From Eledone cirrhosa (taxonomy: Eukaryota), in the NCBI GenBank assembly GCA_964016885.1, contig OZ024740.1, positions 14,632,001 to 14,696,000 of the forward strand: DNA of 64,000 nt, given 5' to 3'. This document shows positions 41,259 through 54,600 of the stretch, in pieces (position 1 is the first letter of the stretch; the number at the start of each line of letters is the position of its first letter). The notes below the pieces were generated by a model, which was not told where the DNA came from, did not search any database, and saw only the letters and a list, made by a program, of their open reading frames with translations. The position numbers were made by a program, and so were the translations under genes.

Positions 41259-44200
41259 TTGTTGTTACTGCTGTTGTTACTGTTGTGGATTATGTTGTTG
41301 TTACTGTTGTTGTTACTGTTGTTGTTACTGTTGTTGTTACTGTTGTCGTTACTGCTGTTGTTACTGTTGTTGTTACTGCTGTTGTTACTGCTGTTGTTAC
41401 TGTTGTTGTTACTGTTGTTGTTACTGTTGTTGTTACTGTTGTTGTTACTGTTGTTGTTACTACTGTTGTTACTGTTGTTGTTACTGTTGTTGTTACTGTT
41501 GTTGTTACTGTTGTTGTTACTGTTGTTGTTACTGCTGTTGTTAGTGTTGTTGTTACTGTTGTTGTTACTGTTGTTGTTACTGTTGTTGTTGCTGTTGTTG
41601 TTACTGTTGTTGTTACTGTTGTTGTTACTCTTGTTGTTACTGTTGTTGTTACTGCTGTTGTTACTGTTGTTGTTACTGTTGTTGTTACTGTTGTTGTTAC
41701 TGTTGTTGTTGCTGTTGTTGTTACTGTTGTTGTTACTGTTGTTGTTACTCTTGTTGTTACTGTTGTTGTTACTGCTGTTGTTACTGTTGTTGTTACTGTT
41801 GTTGTTACTGTTGTTGTTACTGTTGTTACTGTTGTTGTTACTATTGTTGTTACTGCTGTTGTTACTGTTGTTGTTACTGCTGTTGTTACTGCTGTTGTTA
41901 CTGTTGTTGTTACTGTTGTTGTTACTGCTGTTGTTACTGCTGTTGTTACTGTTGTTGTTAGTGTTGTTGTTACTGTTGTTGTTACTGCTGTTGTTACTGT
42001 TGTTGTTACTGTTGTTGTTACTGTTGTTGTTACTGTTGTTGTTACTGTTGTTGTTACTGCTGTTGTTACTGTTGTTGTTACTTTTGTTGTTACTGCTGTT
42101 GTTACTGTTGTTGTTACTGTTGTTGTTACTGTTGTTGTTACTGTTGTTGTTACTGTTGTTACTGTTGTTGTTACTGTTGTTGTTACTGCTGTTGTTACTC
42201 TTGTTGTTACTGCTGTTGTTACTGCTGTTGTTACTGTTGTTGTAACTGCTGTTGTTACTGTTGTTGTTGCTGTTACTGTTGTTGTTGTTGTTGTTGTTAC
42301 TATTGTTGTTGTTACTGTTGTTGTTGTTACTGTTGTTGTTACTGTTGTTGTTGTTACTGTTGTTGTTACTGCTGTTGTTACTGTTGTTGTTACTGTTGTT
42401 ATTACTGCTGTTGTTACCGTTGTTACTGTTGTTGTTACTGTTGTTGTTGTTGTTGTTGTTACTATTGTTGTTGTTACTGTTGTTGTTGTTGTTACTGTTG
42501 TTGTTACTGTTGTTGTTGTTACTGTTGTTGTTACTGCTGTTGTTACTGTTGTTGTTACTGTTGTTATTACTGCTGTTGTTACTGTTGTTACTGTTGTTGT
42601 TACTGTTGTTGTTACTGTTGTTGTTACTGCTGTTGTTACTGTTGTCACTGTTGTTGTTACTGTTGTTGTTACTGTTGTTGTTACTGCTGTTACTGTTGTT
42701 GTTACTGTTGTTGTTACTGCTGTTGTTACTGTTGTTGTTACTGCTGTTATTGTTGTTGTTACTGTTGTTGTTACTGCTGTTGTTACTGTTGTTGTTACTG
42801 TTGTTGTTACTGTTGTGGTTTCTGTTGTTGTTACTGTTGTTGTTACTGTTGTTGTTACTGTTGTTGTTACTGCTGTTGTTACTGTTGTTGTTACTGTTGT
42901 TGTTACTGCTGTTGTTACTGTTGTTGTTACTGTTGTTGTTACTGTTGTTGTTACTGTTGTTGTTACTGTTGTTGTTACTGTTGTTGTTACTGTTGTTGTT
43001 ACTGCTGTTGTTACTGTTGTTGTTACTGCAGTTGTTACTGTTGTTGTTACTGTTGTTGTTACTGTTGTTGTTACTGTTGTTGTTACTGTTGTTGTTACTG
43101 TTGTTGTTACTGTTGTTGTTACTGTTGTTCTTACTGTTGTTGTTACTGTTGTTGTTACTGTTGTTACTGTTGTTGTTACTGTTGTTGTTACTGCTGTTGT
43201 TACTGTTGTTGTTACTGCTGTTGTTACTGCTGTTGTTACTGTTGTTGTTACTGTTGTTGTTACTGTTGTGGTTTCTGTTGTTGTTACTGTTGTTCTTACT
43301 GTTGTTCTTACTGTTGTTGTTACTGTTGTTGTTACTGTTGTTACTGTTGTTGTTACTGTTGTTGTTACTGTTGTTGTTACTGTTGTTGTTACTGTTGTTG
43401 TTACTGCTGTTGTTACTGCTGTTGTTACTGTTGTTGTTACTGTTGTTGTTACTGCTGTTGTTACTGCTGTTGTTACTGTTGTTGTTACTGTTGTTGTTAC
43501 TGTTGTTGTTACTGCTGTTGTTACTGTTGTTGTTACTCTTGTTGTTACTGCTGTTGTTACTGCTGTTGTTACTGTTGTTGTTACTGTTGTAGTTACTGCT
43601 GTTGTTACTGCTGTTGTTACTGTTGTTGTTACTGTTGTTGTTACTGTTGTTGTTACTGCTGTTGTTACTGTTGTTGTTACTGTTGTTGTTACTGCTGTTG
43701 TTACTGTTGTTGTTACTGTTGTTGTTACTGTTGTTGTTACTGTTGTGGTTTCTGTTGTTGTTACTGTTGTTGTTACTGTTGTTGTTACTGTTGTTGTTAC
43801 TGTTGTTGTTACTGTTGTTGTTACTGTTGTTGTTACTGCTGTTGTTACTGTTGTTGTTACTGCTGTTGTTACTGTTGTGGATTATGTTGTTGTTACTGTT
43901 GTTGTTACTGTTGTTGTTACTGTTGTTGTTACTGTTGTCGTTACTGCTGTTGTTACTGTTGTTGTTACTGCTGTTGTTACTGCTGTTGTTACTGTTGTTG
44001 TTACTGTTGTTGTTACTGTTGTTGTTACTGTTGTTGTTACTGTTGTTGTTACTACTGTTGTTACTGTTGTTGTTACTGTTGTTGTTACTGTTGTTGTTAC
44101 TGTTGTTGTTACTGTTGTTGTTACTGCTGTTGTTAGTGTTGTTCTCACTGTTGTTGTTACTGTTGTTGTTACTGTTGTTGTTGCTGTTGTTGTTACTGTT

Positions 44201-44820
44201 GTTGTTACTGTTGTTGTTACTCTTGTTGTTACTGTTGTTGTTACTGCTGTTGTTACTGTTGTTGTTACTGTTGTTGTTACTGTTGTTGTTACTGTTGTTG
44301 TTGCTGTTGTTGTTACTGTTGTTGTTACTGTTGTTGTTACTCTTGTTGTTACTGTTGTTGTTACTGCTGTTGTTACTGTTGTTGTTACTGTTGTTGTTAC
44401 TGTTGTTGTTACTGTTGTTACTGTTGTTGTTACTATTGTTGTTACTGCTGTTGTTACTGTTGTTGTTACTGCTGTTGTTACTGCTGTTGTTACTGTTGTT
44501 GTTACTGTTGTTGTTACTGCTGTTGTTACTGCTGTTGTTACTGTTGTTGTTAGTGTTGTTGTTACTGTTGTTGTTACTGCTGTTGTTACTGTTGTTGTTA
44601 CTGTTGTTGTTACTGTTGTTGTTACTGTTGTTGTTACTGTTGTTGTTACTGCTGTTGTTACTGTTGTTGTTACTTTTGTTGTTACTGCTGTTGTTACTGT
44701 TGTTGTTACTGTTGTTGTTACTGTTGTTGTTACTGTTGTTGTTACTGTTGTTACTGTTGTTGTTACTGTTGTTGTTACTGCTGTTGTTACTCTTGTTGTT
44801 ACTGCTGTTGTTACTGCTGT
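39652..44820. repeat. ~2,592-bp tandem duplication (about 39652-42241 vs about 42242-44820), slightly diverged
   Basis: CTGCAG 40434/43026, GTGGATTAT 41285/43877, and ORF starts 41010/43602. Differences include (GTT)6 vs (GTT)7, loss of one ACC variant at about 42581, and a private CTC at 44144. Confidence 0.88.
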
Positions 44821-47800
44821 TGTGACTGTTGTTGTTACTGTTGTTGTTACTGTTGTTGTTACTGCTGTTGTTACTGTTGTTGTTACTTTTGTTGTTACTG
44901 TTGTTGTTACTGTTGTTGTTACTGTTGTTGTTACTGTTGTTGTTACTGCTGTTGTTACTGCTGTTGTTACTGTTGTTGTTACTGTTGTTGTTACTGTTGT
45001 TGTTACTGTTGTTGTTACTGTTGTTGTTACTGCTGTTGTTACTGTTGTTGTTACTGTTGTTGTTACTGTTGTTGTTAGTGTTGTTACTGTTGTTGTTACT
45101 GTTGTTGTTACTGCTGTTGTTACTGTTGTTGTTACTGTTGTTGTTACTGTTGTTGTTACTGTTGTTGTTACTGTTGTTGTTAATGTTGTTGTTACTGTTG
45201 TTGTTATTGTTGTTCTTACTGTTGTTGTTACTGTTGTTGTTAGTGTTGTTACTGTTGTTGTTACTGTTGTTGTTACTGCTGTTGTTACTGTTGTTGTTAC
45301 TGCTGTTGTTACTGCTGTTGTTACTGTTGTTGTTACTGTTGTTGTTACTGTTGTGGTTTCTGTTGTTGTTACTGTTGTTGTTACTGTTGTTGTTACTGTT
45401 GTTGTTACTGTTGTTGTTACTGTTGTTGTTACTGTTGTTGTTACTGTTGTTGTTACTGCTGTTGTTACTGTTGTTGTTACTGTTGTGGTTTCTGTTGTTG
45501 TTACTGTTGTTGTTACTGTTGTTTTTACTGTTGTTGTTACTGTTGTTGTTACTGTTGTTGTTACTGCTGTTGTTACTGCTGTTGTTACTGTTGTTGTTAC
45601 TGTTGTTGTTACTGCTGTTGTTACTGCTGTTGTTACTGTTGTTGTTACTGTTGTGTTACTGTTGTTGTTACTGCTGTTGTTACTGTTGTTGTTACTGCTG
45701 TTGTTACTGCTGTTGTTACTGTTGTTGTTACTGTTGTTGTTACTGCTGTTGTTACTGCTGTTGTTACTGTTGTTGTTACTGTTGTTGTTACTGCTGTTGT
45801 TACTGCTGTTGTTACTGTTGTTGTTACTGTTGTTCTTACTGTTGTTGTTACTGTTATTGTTACTGTTGTTACTGTTGTTGTTACTGTTGTTGTTACTGCT
45901 GTTGTTACTGTTGTTGTTACTGCTGTTGTTACTGCTGTTGTTACTGTTGTTGTTACTGTTGTTGTTACTGTTGTGGTTTCTGTTGTTGTTACTGTTGTTG
46001 TTACTGTTGTTGTTACTGTTGTTGTTACTGTTGTTGTTACTGTTGTTCTAAATGTTGTTGTTACTGTTGTTGTTACTGTTGTTACTGTTGTTGTTACTGT
46101 TGTTGTTACTGCTGTTGTTACTGTTGTTGTTACTGCTGTTGTTACTGCTGTTGTTACTGTTGTTGTTACTGTTGTTGTTACTGTTGTGGGTTCTGTTGTT
46201 GTTACTGTTGTTGTTACTGTTGTTGTTACTGTTGTTGTTACTGTTGTTGTTACTGTTGTTCTTACTGTTGTTGTTACTGTTGTTGTTACTGCTGTTGTTA
46301 CTGTTGTTGTTACTGTTGTTGTTACTGTTGTTGTTACTGCTGTTGTTACTGTTGTTGTTACTGTTGTTGTTACTGCTGTTGTTACTGTTGTTGTTACTGT
46401 TGTTGTTACTGCTGTTGTTACTGTTGTTGTTACTGTTGTTGTTACTGCTGTTGTTACTGTTGTTGTTACTGTTGTTGTTACTGTTGTTGTTACTGTTGTT
46501 ACTGTTGTTGTTACTGTTGTTGTTACTGTTGTTGTTACTGTTGTTGTTACTGTTGTTACTGTTGTTGTTACTGTTGTTGTTATTGCTGTTGTTAATGTTG
46601 TTACTGTTGTTGTTACTGTTGTTGTTACTGTTGTTGTTACTGTTGTTGTCACTGTTGTTGTTACTGCTGTTGTTACTGTTGTTTTTACTGTTGTTGTTAC
46701 TGTTGTTGTTACTGTTGTTGTTACTGCTGTTGTTACTGTTGTTGTTACTGTTGTTGTTACTGTTGTTGTTACTGTTGTTGTTACTGTTGTTGTTACTGTT
46801 GTTACTGTTGTTGTTACTGCTGTTGTTACTGTTGTTGTTACTGTTGTTGTTACTGTTGTTGTTACTGCTGTTACTGTTGTTGTTATTGCTGTTGTTACAG
46901 TTGTTGTTACTGTTATTGTTACTGCTGTTGTTACTGTTGTTTTTACTGTTGATGTTACTGTTGTTGTTACTGCTGTTGTTACTGTTGTTGTTACTGTTGT
47001 TGTCACTGTTGTTGTTACTGCTGTTGTTACTGTTGTTTTTACTGTTGATGTTACTGTTGTTGTTACTGTTGTTGTTACTGCTGTTGTTACTGTTGTTGTT
47101 ACTGTTGTTGTTACTGTTGTTGTTACTGTTGTTGTTACTGTTGTTACTGTTGTTGTTACTGCTGTTGTTACTGTTGTTGTTACTGTTGTTGTTACTGTTG
47201 TTGTTACTGCTGTTACTGTTGTTGTTACTGCTGTTGTTACAGTTGTTGTTACTGTTATTGTTACTGCTGTTGTTACTGTTGTTGTTACTGCTGTTGTTAC
47301 TGTTGTTGTTACTGTTGTTGTTACTGTTGTTGTTACTGTTGTTACTGTTGTTGTTACTGTTGTTGTTACTGCTGTTACTGTTGTTGTTACTGTTGTTGTT
47401 ACTACTGTTGTTACTGTTATTGTAACTGCTGTTGTTACTGTTGTTGTTGTTGTTGTTGTTACTATTGTTGTTGTTACTGTTGTTGTTGTTACTGTTGTTG
47501 TTACTGTTGTTGTTGTTACTGTTGTTGTTACTGCTGTTGTTACTGTTGTTGTTACTGTTGTTATTACTGCTGTTGTTACCGTTGTTACTGTTGTTGTTAC
47601 TGTTGTTGTTACTGCTGTTGTTACTGTTGTTACTGTTGTTGTTACTGTTGTTGTTACTGTTGTTGTTACTGTTGTTGTTACTGTTGTTGTTACTGCTGTT
47701 ACTGTTGTTGTTACTGTTGTTGTTACTGCTGTTGTTACTGTTGTTGTTACTGCTGTTACTGTTGTTGTTACTGTTGTTGTTACTGCTGTTGTTACTGTTG

Positions 47801-48699
47801 TTGTTACTGTTGTTGTTACTGTTGTGGTTTCTGTTGTTGTTACTGTTGTTGTTACTGTTGTTGTTACTGTTGTTGTTACTGTTGTTGTTACTGTTGTTGT
47901 TACTGCTGTTGTTACTGTTGTTGTTACTGCTGTTGTTACTGTTGTGGTTTCTGTTGTTGTTACTGTTGTTGTTACTGTTGTTGTTACTGTTGTTGTTACT
48001 GTTGTTGTAAATGTTGTTCTTACTGTTGTTGTTACTGCTGTTGTTACTGTTGTTGTTACTGTTGTTGTTACTGTTGTTGTTACTGTTGTTGTTACTGTTG
48101 TTGTTACTGTTGTTGTTACTGTTGTTGTTACTGTTGTTGTTACTGTTGTTGTTACTGTTGTTGTTACTGCTGTTGTTACTGTTGTTGTTACTGTTGTTGT
48201 TACTGTTGTTGTTACTGTTGTTGTTACTGCTGTTGTTACTGTTGTTGTTACTGTTGTTGTTACTGTTGTTGTTACTGTTGTTACTGTTGTTGTTACTGTT
48301 GTTGTTACTGCTGTTGTTACTGTTGTTGTTACTGCTGTTGTTACTGCTGTTGTTACTGTTGTTGTTACTGTTGTTGTTACTGTTGTTGTTACTGTTGTTG
48401 TTACTGCTGTTGTTACTGTTGTTGTTACTGTTGTTGTTACTGCTGTTGTTACTGTTGTTGTTACTGCTGTTGTTACTGTTGTTGTTACTGTTGTTGTTAC
48501 TGTTGTGGTTTCTGTTGTTGTTACTGTTGTTGTTACTGTTGTTGTTACTGTTGTTGTTACTGTTGTTGTTACTGTTGTTCTTACTGTTGTTCTTACTGTT
48601 GTTGTTACTGTTGTTACTGTTGTTGTTACTGTTGTTGTTACTGCTGTTGTTACTGTTGTTGTTACTGCTGTTGTTACTGCTGTTGTTACTGTTGTTGTT

Positions 48700-51600
48700 A
48701 CTGCTGTTGTTACTGTTGTTGTTACTGTTGTTGTTACTGTTGTTGTTACTGCTGTTGTTACTGTTGTTGTTACTGTTGTTGTTACTGTTGTTGTTACTGC
48801 TGTTGTTACTGCTGTTGTTAATGTTGTTGTTACGGTTGTTGTCACTGTTGTTGTTACTGCTGTTGTTACTGTTGTTGTTACTGTTGTTGTTACTGCTGTT
48901 GTTACTGTTGTTGTTACTGTTGTTGTTACTGTTGTTGTTACTGCTGTTGTTACTGTTGTTGTTACTGTTGTTGTTACTGCTGTTGTTACTGTTGTTGTTA
49001 CTGTTGTTGTTACTGCTGTTGTTACTGTTGTTGTTACTGTTGTTGTTACTGCTGTTGTTACTGTTGTTGTTACTTTTGTTGTTACTGTTGTTGTTACTGT
49101 TGTTGTTACTGTTGTTACTGTTGTTGTTACTGTTGTTGTTACTGTTGTGGTTACTGTTGTTGTTACTGTTGTTACTGTTGTTGTTACTGTTGTTGTTATT
49201 GCTGTTGTTACTGTGGTTACTGTTGTTGTTACTCTTGTTGTTACTGTTGTTGTCACTGTTGTTGTTACTGCTGTTGTTACTGTTGTTTTTACTGTTGTTG
49301 TTACTGTTGTTGTTACTGTTGTTGTTACTGCTGTTGTTACTGTTGTTGTTACTGTTGTTGTTACTGTTGTTGTTACTGTTGTTACTGTTGTTGTTACTGC
49401 TGTTGTTACTGTTGTTGTTACTGTTGTTGTTACTGTTGTTGTTACTGCTGTTACTGATGTTGTTACTGCTGTTGTTACAGTTGTTGTTACTGTTATTGTT
49501 ACTGCTGTTGTTACTGTTGTTGTTACTGCTGTTGTTACTGTTGTTGTTACTGTTGTTGTTACTGTTGTTGTTACTGTTGTTACTGTTGTTGTTACTGTTG
49601 TTGTTACTGTTGTTGTTACTGCTGTTACTGTTGTTGTTACTGTTGCTGTTACTACTGTTGTTACTGTTATTGTAACTGCTGTTGTTACTGTTGTTGTTGC
49701 TGTTACTGTTGTTGTTGTTGTTGTTGTTGTTACTATTGTTGTTGTTACTGTTGTTGTTGTTGTTACTGTTGTTGTTACTGTTGTTGTTGTTACTGTTGTT
49801 GTTACTGCTGTTGTTACTGTTGTTGTTACTGTTGTTATTACTGCTGTTGTTACCGTTGTTACTGTTGTTGTTACTGTTGTTGTTACTGTTGTTGTTACTG
49901 CTGTTGTTACTGTTGTTACTGTTGTTGTTACTGTTGTTGTTACTGTTGTTGTTACTGCTGTTACTGTTGTTGTTACTGTTGTTGTTACTGCTGTTGTTAC
50001 TGTTGTTGTTACTGCTGTTATTGTTGTTGTTACTGTTGTTGTTACTGCTGTTGTTACTGTTGTTGTTACTGTTGTTGTTACTGTTGTGGTTTCTGTTGTT
50101 GTTACTGTTGTTGTTACTGTTGTTGTTACTGTTGTTGTTACTGTTGTTGTTACTGTTGTTGTTACTGTTGTTGTTACTGCTGTTGTTACTGTTGTTGTTA
50201 CTGCTGTTGTTACTGTTGTGGTTTCTGTTGTTGTTACTGTTGTTGTTACTGTTGTTGTTACTGTTGTTGTTACTGCTGTTGTTACTGTTGTTGTTACTGC
50301 TGTTGTTACTGCTGTTGTTACTGTTGTTGTTACTGTTGTTGTTACTGTTGTTGTTACTGTTGTTGTTACCGTTGTTGTTACTGCTGTTGTTACTGTTGTT
50401 GTTACTGTTGTTGTTACTGCTGTTGTTACTGTCGTTGTTACTGCTGTTGTTACTGCTGTTGTTACTGTTGTTGTTACTGTTGTTGTTACTGCTGTTGTTA
50501 CTGTTGTTGTTACTGTTGTTGTTACTGCTGTTGTTACTGTTGTTGTTACTGTTGTTGTTACTGTTGTGGTTTCTGTTGATGTTACTTTTGTTGTTACTGT
50601 TGTTGTTACTGTTGTTGTTACTGTTGTTGTTACTGTTGTTGTTACTGCTGTTGTTACTGCTGTTGTTACTGTTGTTGTTACTGTTGTTGTTACTGCTGGT
50701 GTTACTGCTGTTGTTACTGTTGTTGTTACTGTTGTTGTTACTGTTGTTGTTACTGCTGTTGTTACTGTTGTTGTTACTGTTGTTGTTACTGTTGTTGTTA
50801 CTGCTGTTGTTACTGCTGTTGTTAATGTTGTTGTTACGGTTGTTGTCACTGTTGTTGTTACTGCTGTTGTTACTGTTGTTGTTACTGTTGTTGTTACTGC
50901 TGTTGTTACTGTTGTTGTTACTGTTGTTGTTACTGTTGTTGTTACTGCTGTTGTTACTGTTGTTGTTACTGTTGTTGTTACTGCTGTTGTTACTGTTGTT
51001 GTTACTGTTGTTGTTACTGCTGTTGTTACTGTTGTTGTTACTGTTGTTGTTACTGCTGTTGTTACTGTTGTTGTTACTTTTGTTGTTACTGTTGTTGTTA
51101 CTGTTGTTGTTACTGTTGTTACTGTTGTTGTTACTGTTGTTGTTACTGTTGTGGTTACTGTTGTTGTTACTGTTGTTACTGTTGTTGTTACTGTTGTTGT
51201 TATTGCTGTTGTTACTGTGGTTACTGTTGTTGTTACTCTTGTTGTTACTGTTGTTGTCACTGTTGTTGTTACTGCTGTTGTTACTGTTGTTTTTACTGTT
51301 GTTGTTACTGTTGTTGTTACTGTTGTTGTTACTGCTGTTGTTACTGTTGTTGTTACTGTTGTTGTTACTGTTGTTGTTACTGTTGTTGTTACTGTTGTTG
51401 TTACTGTTGTTACTGTTGTTGTTACTGCTGTTGTTACTGTTGTTGTTACTGTTGTTGTTACTGTTGTTGTTACTGCTGTTACTGATGTTGTTACTGCTGT
51501 TGTTACAGTTGTTGTTACTGTTATTGTTACTGCTGTTGTTACTGTTGTTGTTACTGCTGTTGTTACTGTTGTTGTTACTGTTGTTGTTACTGTTGTTGTT

Positions 51601-54600
51601 ACTGTTGTTACTGTTGTTGTTACTGTTGTTGTTACTGTTGTTGTTACTGCTGTTACTGTTGTTGTTACTGTTGCTGTTACTACTGTTGTTACTGTTATTG
51701 TAACTGCTGTTGTTACTGTTGTTGTTGCTGTTACTGTTGTTGTTGTTGTTGTTGTTACTATTGTTGTTGTTACTGTTGTTGTTGTTGTTACTGTTGTTGT
51801 TACTGTTGTTGTTGTTACTGTTGTTGTTACTGCTGTTGTTACTGTTGTTGTTACTGTTGTTATTACTGCTGTTGTTACCGTTGTTACTGTTGTTGTTACT
51901 GTTGTTGTTACTGTTGTTGTTACTGCTGTTGTTACTGTTGTTACTGTTGTTGTTACTGTTGTTGTTACTGTTGTTGTTACTGCTGTTACTGTTGTTGTTA
52001 CTGTTGTTGTTACTGCTGTTGTTACTGTTGTTGTTACTGCTGTTATTGTTGTTGTTACTGTTGTTGTTACTGCTGTTGTTACTGATGTTGTTACTGTTGT
52101 TGTTACTGTTGTGGTTTCTGTTGTTGTTACTGTTGTTGTTACTGTTGTTGTTACTGTTGTTGTTACTGTTGTTGTTACTGTTGTTGTTACTGTTGTTGTT
52201 ACTGCTGTTGTTACTGTTGTTGTTACTGCTGTTGTTACTGTTGTGGTTTCTGTTGTTGTTACTGTTGTTGTTACTGTTGTTGTTACTGTTGTTGTTACTG
52301 CTGTTGTTACTGTTGTTGTTACTACTGTTGTTACTGCTGTTGTTACTGTTGTTGTTACTGTTGTTGTTACTGTTGTTGTTACTGTTGTTGTTACTGTTGT
52401 TGTTACTGCTGTTGTTACTGTTGTTACTGTTGTTGTTACTGTTGTTGTTACTGTTGTGGTTACTGTTGTTGTTACTGTTGTTACTGTTGTTGTTACTGTT
52501 GTTGTTATTGCTGTTGTTACTGTGGTTACTGTTGTTGTTACTCTTGTTGTTACTGCTGTTGTTACTGTTGTTGTTACTGTTGTTGTTACTGTTGTGGTTT
52601 CTGTTGTTGTTACTGTTGTTGTTACTGTTGTTGTTACTGTTGTTGTTACTGTTGTTGTTACTGTTGTTGTTACTGTTGTGGTTTCTGTTGTTGTTACTGT
52701 TGTTGTTACTGTTGTTGTTACTGTTGTTGTTACTGTTGTTGTTACTGTTGTTGTTACTGTTGTTGTTACTGCTGTTGTTACTGTTGTTGTTACTGCTGTT
52801 GTTACTGTTGTGGTTTCTGTTGTTGTTACTGTTGTTGTTACTGTTGTTGTTACTGTTGTTGTTACTGCTGTTGTTACTGTTGTTGTTACTGCTGTTGTTA
52901 CTGCTGTTGTTACTGTTGTTGTTACTGTTGTTGTTACTGTTGTTGTTACTGTTGTTGTTACTGTTGTTGTTACTGCTGTTGTTACTGTTGTTACTGTTGT
53001 TGTTACTGTTGTTGTTACTGTTGTTGTTACTGCTGTTACTGTTGTTGTTACTGTTGTTGTTACTGCTGTTGTTACTGTTGTTGTTACTGCTGTTATTGTT
53101 GTTGTTACTGTTGTTGTTACTGCTGTTGTTACTGTTGTTGTTACTGTTGTTGTTACTGTTGTGGTTTCTGTTGTTGTTACTGTTGTTGTTACTGTTGTTG
53201 TTACTGTTGTTGTTACTGTTGTTGTTACTGTTGTTGTTACTGTTGTTGTTACTGCTGTTGTTACTGTTGTTGTTACTGCTGTTGTTACTGTTGTGGTTTC
53301 TGTTGTTGTTACTGTTGTTGTTACTGTTGTTGTTACTGTTGTTGTTACTGTTGTTGTTACTGTTGTTGTTACTGTTGTTGTTACTGCTGTTGTTACTGTT
53401 GTTGTTACTGTTGTTGTTACTGCTGTTGTTACTGTTGTTGTTACTGCTGTTGTTACTGCTGTTGTTACTGTTGTTGTTACTGTTGTTGTTACTGCTGTTG
53501 TTACTGTTGTTGTTACTGTTGTTGTTACTGCTGTTGTTACTGTTGTTGTTACTGTTGTTGTTACTGTTGTGGTTTCTGTTGTTGTTACTTTTGTTGTTAC
53601 TGTTGTTGTTACTGTTGTTGTTACTGTTGTTACTGTTGTTGTTACTGTTGTTGTTACTGTTGTGGTTACTGTTGTTGTTACTGTTGTTACTGTTGTTGTT
53701 ACTGTTGTTGTTATTGCTGTTGTTACTGTGGTTACTGTTGTTGTTACTCTTGTTGTTACTGTTGTTGTCAGTGTTGTTGTTACTGCTGTTGTTACTGTTG
53801 TTTTTACTGTTGTTGTTACTGTTGTTGTTACTGTTGTTGTTACTGCTGTTGTTACTGTTGTTGTTACTGTTGTTGTTACTGTTGTTGTTACTGTTGTTGT
53901 TACTGTTGTTGTTACTGTTGTTACTGTTGTTGTTACTGCTGTTGTTACTGTTGTTGTTACTGTTGTTGTTACTGTTGTTGTTACTGCTGTTACTGATGTT
54001 GTTACTGCTGTTGTTACAGTTGTTGTTACTGTTATTGTTACTGCTGTTGTTACTGTTGTTGTTACTGCTGTTGTTACTGTTGTTGTTACTGTTGTTGTTA
54101 CTGTTGTTGTTACTGTTGTTACTGTTGTTGTTACTGTTGTTGTTACTGTTGTTGTTACTGCTGTTACTGTTGTTGTTACTGTTGCTGTTACTACTGTTGT
54201 TACTGTTATTGTAACTGCTGTTGTTACTGTTGTTGTTGCTGTTACTGTTGTTGTTGTTGTTGTTGTTACTATTGTTGTTGTTACTGTTGTTGTTGTTGTT
54301 ACTGTTGTTGTTACTGTTGTTGTTGTTACTGTTGTTGTTACTGCTGTTGTTACTGTTGTTGTTACTGTTGTTATTACTGCTGTTGTTACCGTTGTTACTG
54401 TTGTTGTTACTGTTGTTGTTACTGTTGTTGTTACTGCTGTTGTTACTGTTGTTACTGTTGTTGTTACTGTTGTTGTTACTGTTGTTGTTACTGCTGTTAC
54501 TGTTGTTGTTACTGTTGTTGTTACTGCTGTTGTTACTGTTGTTGTTACTGCTGTTATTGTTGTTGTTACTGTTGTTGTTACTGCTGTTGTTACTGTTGTT

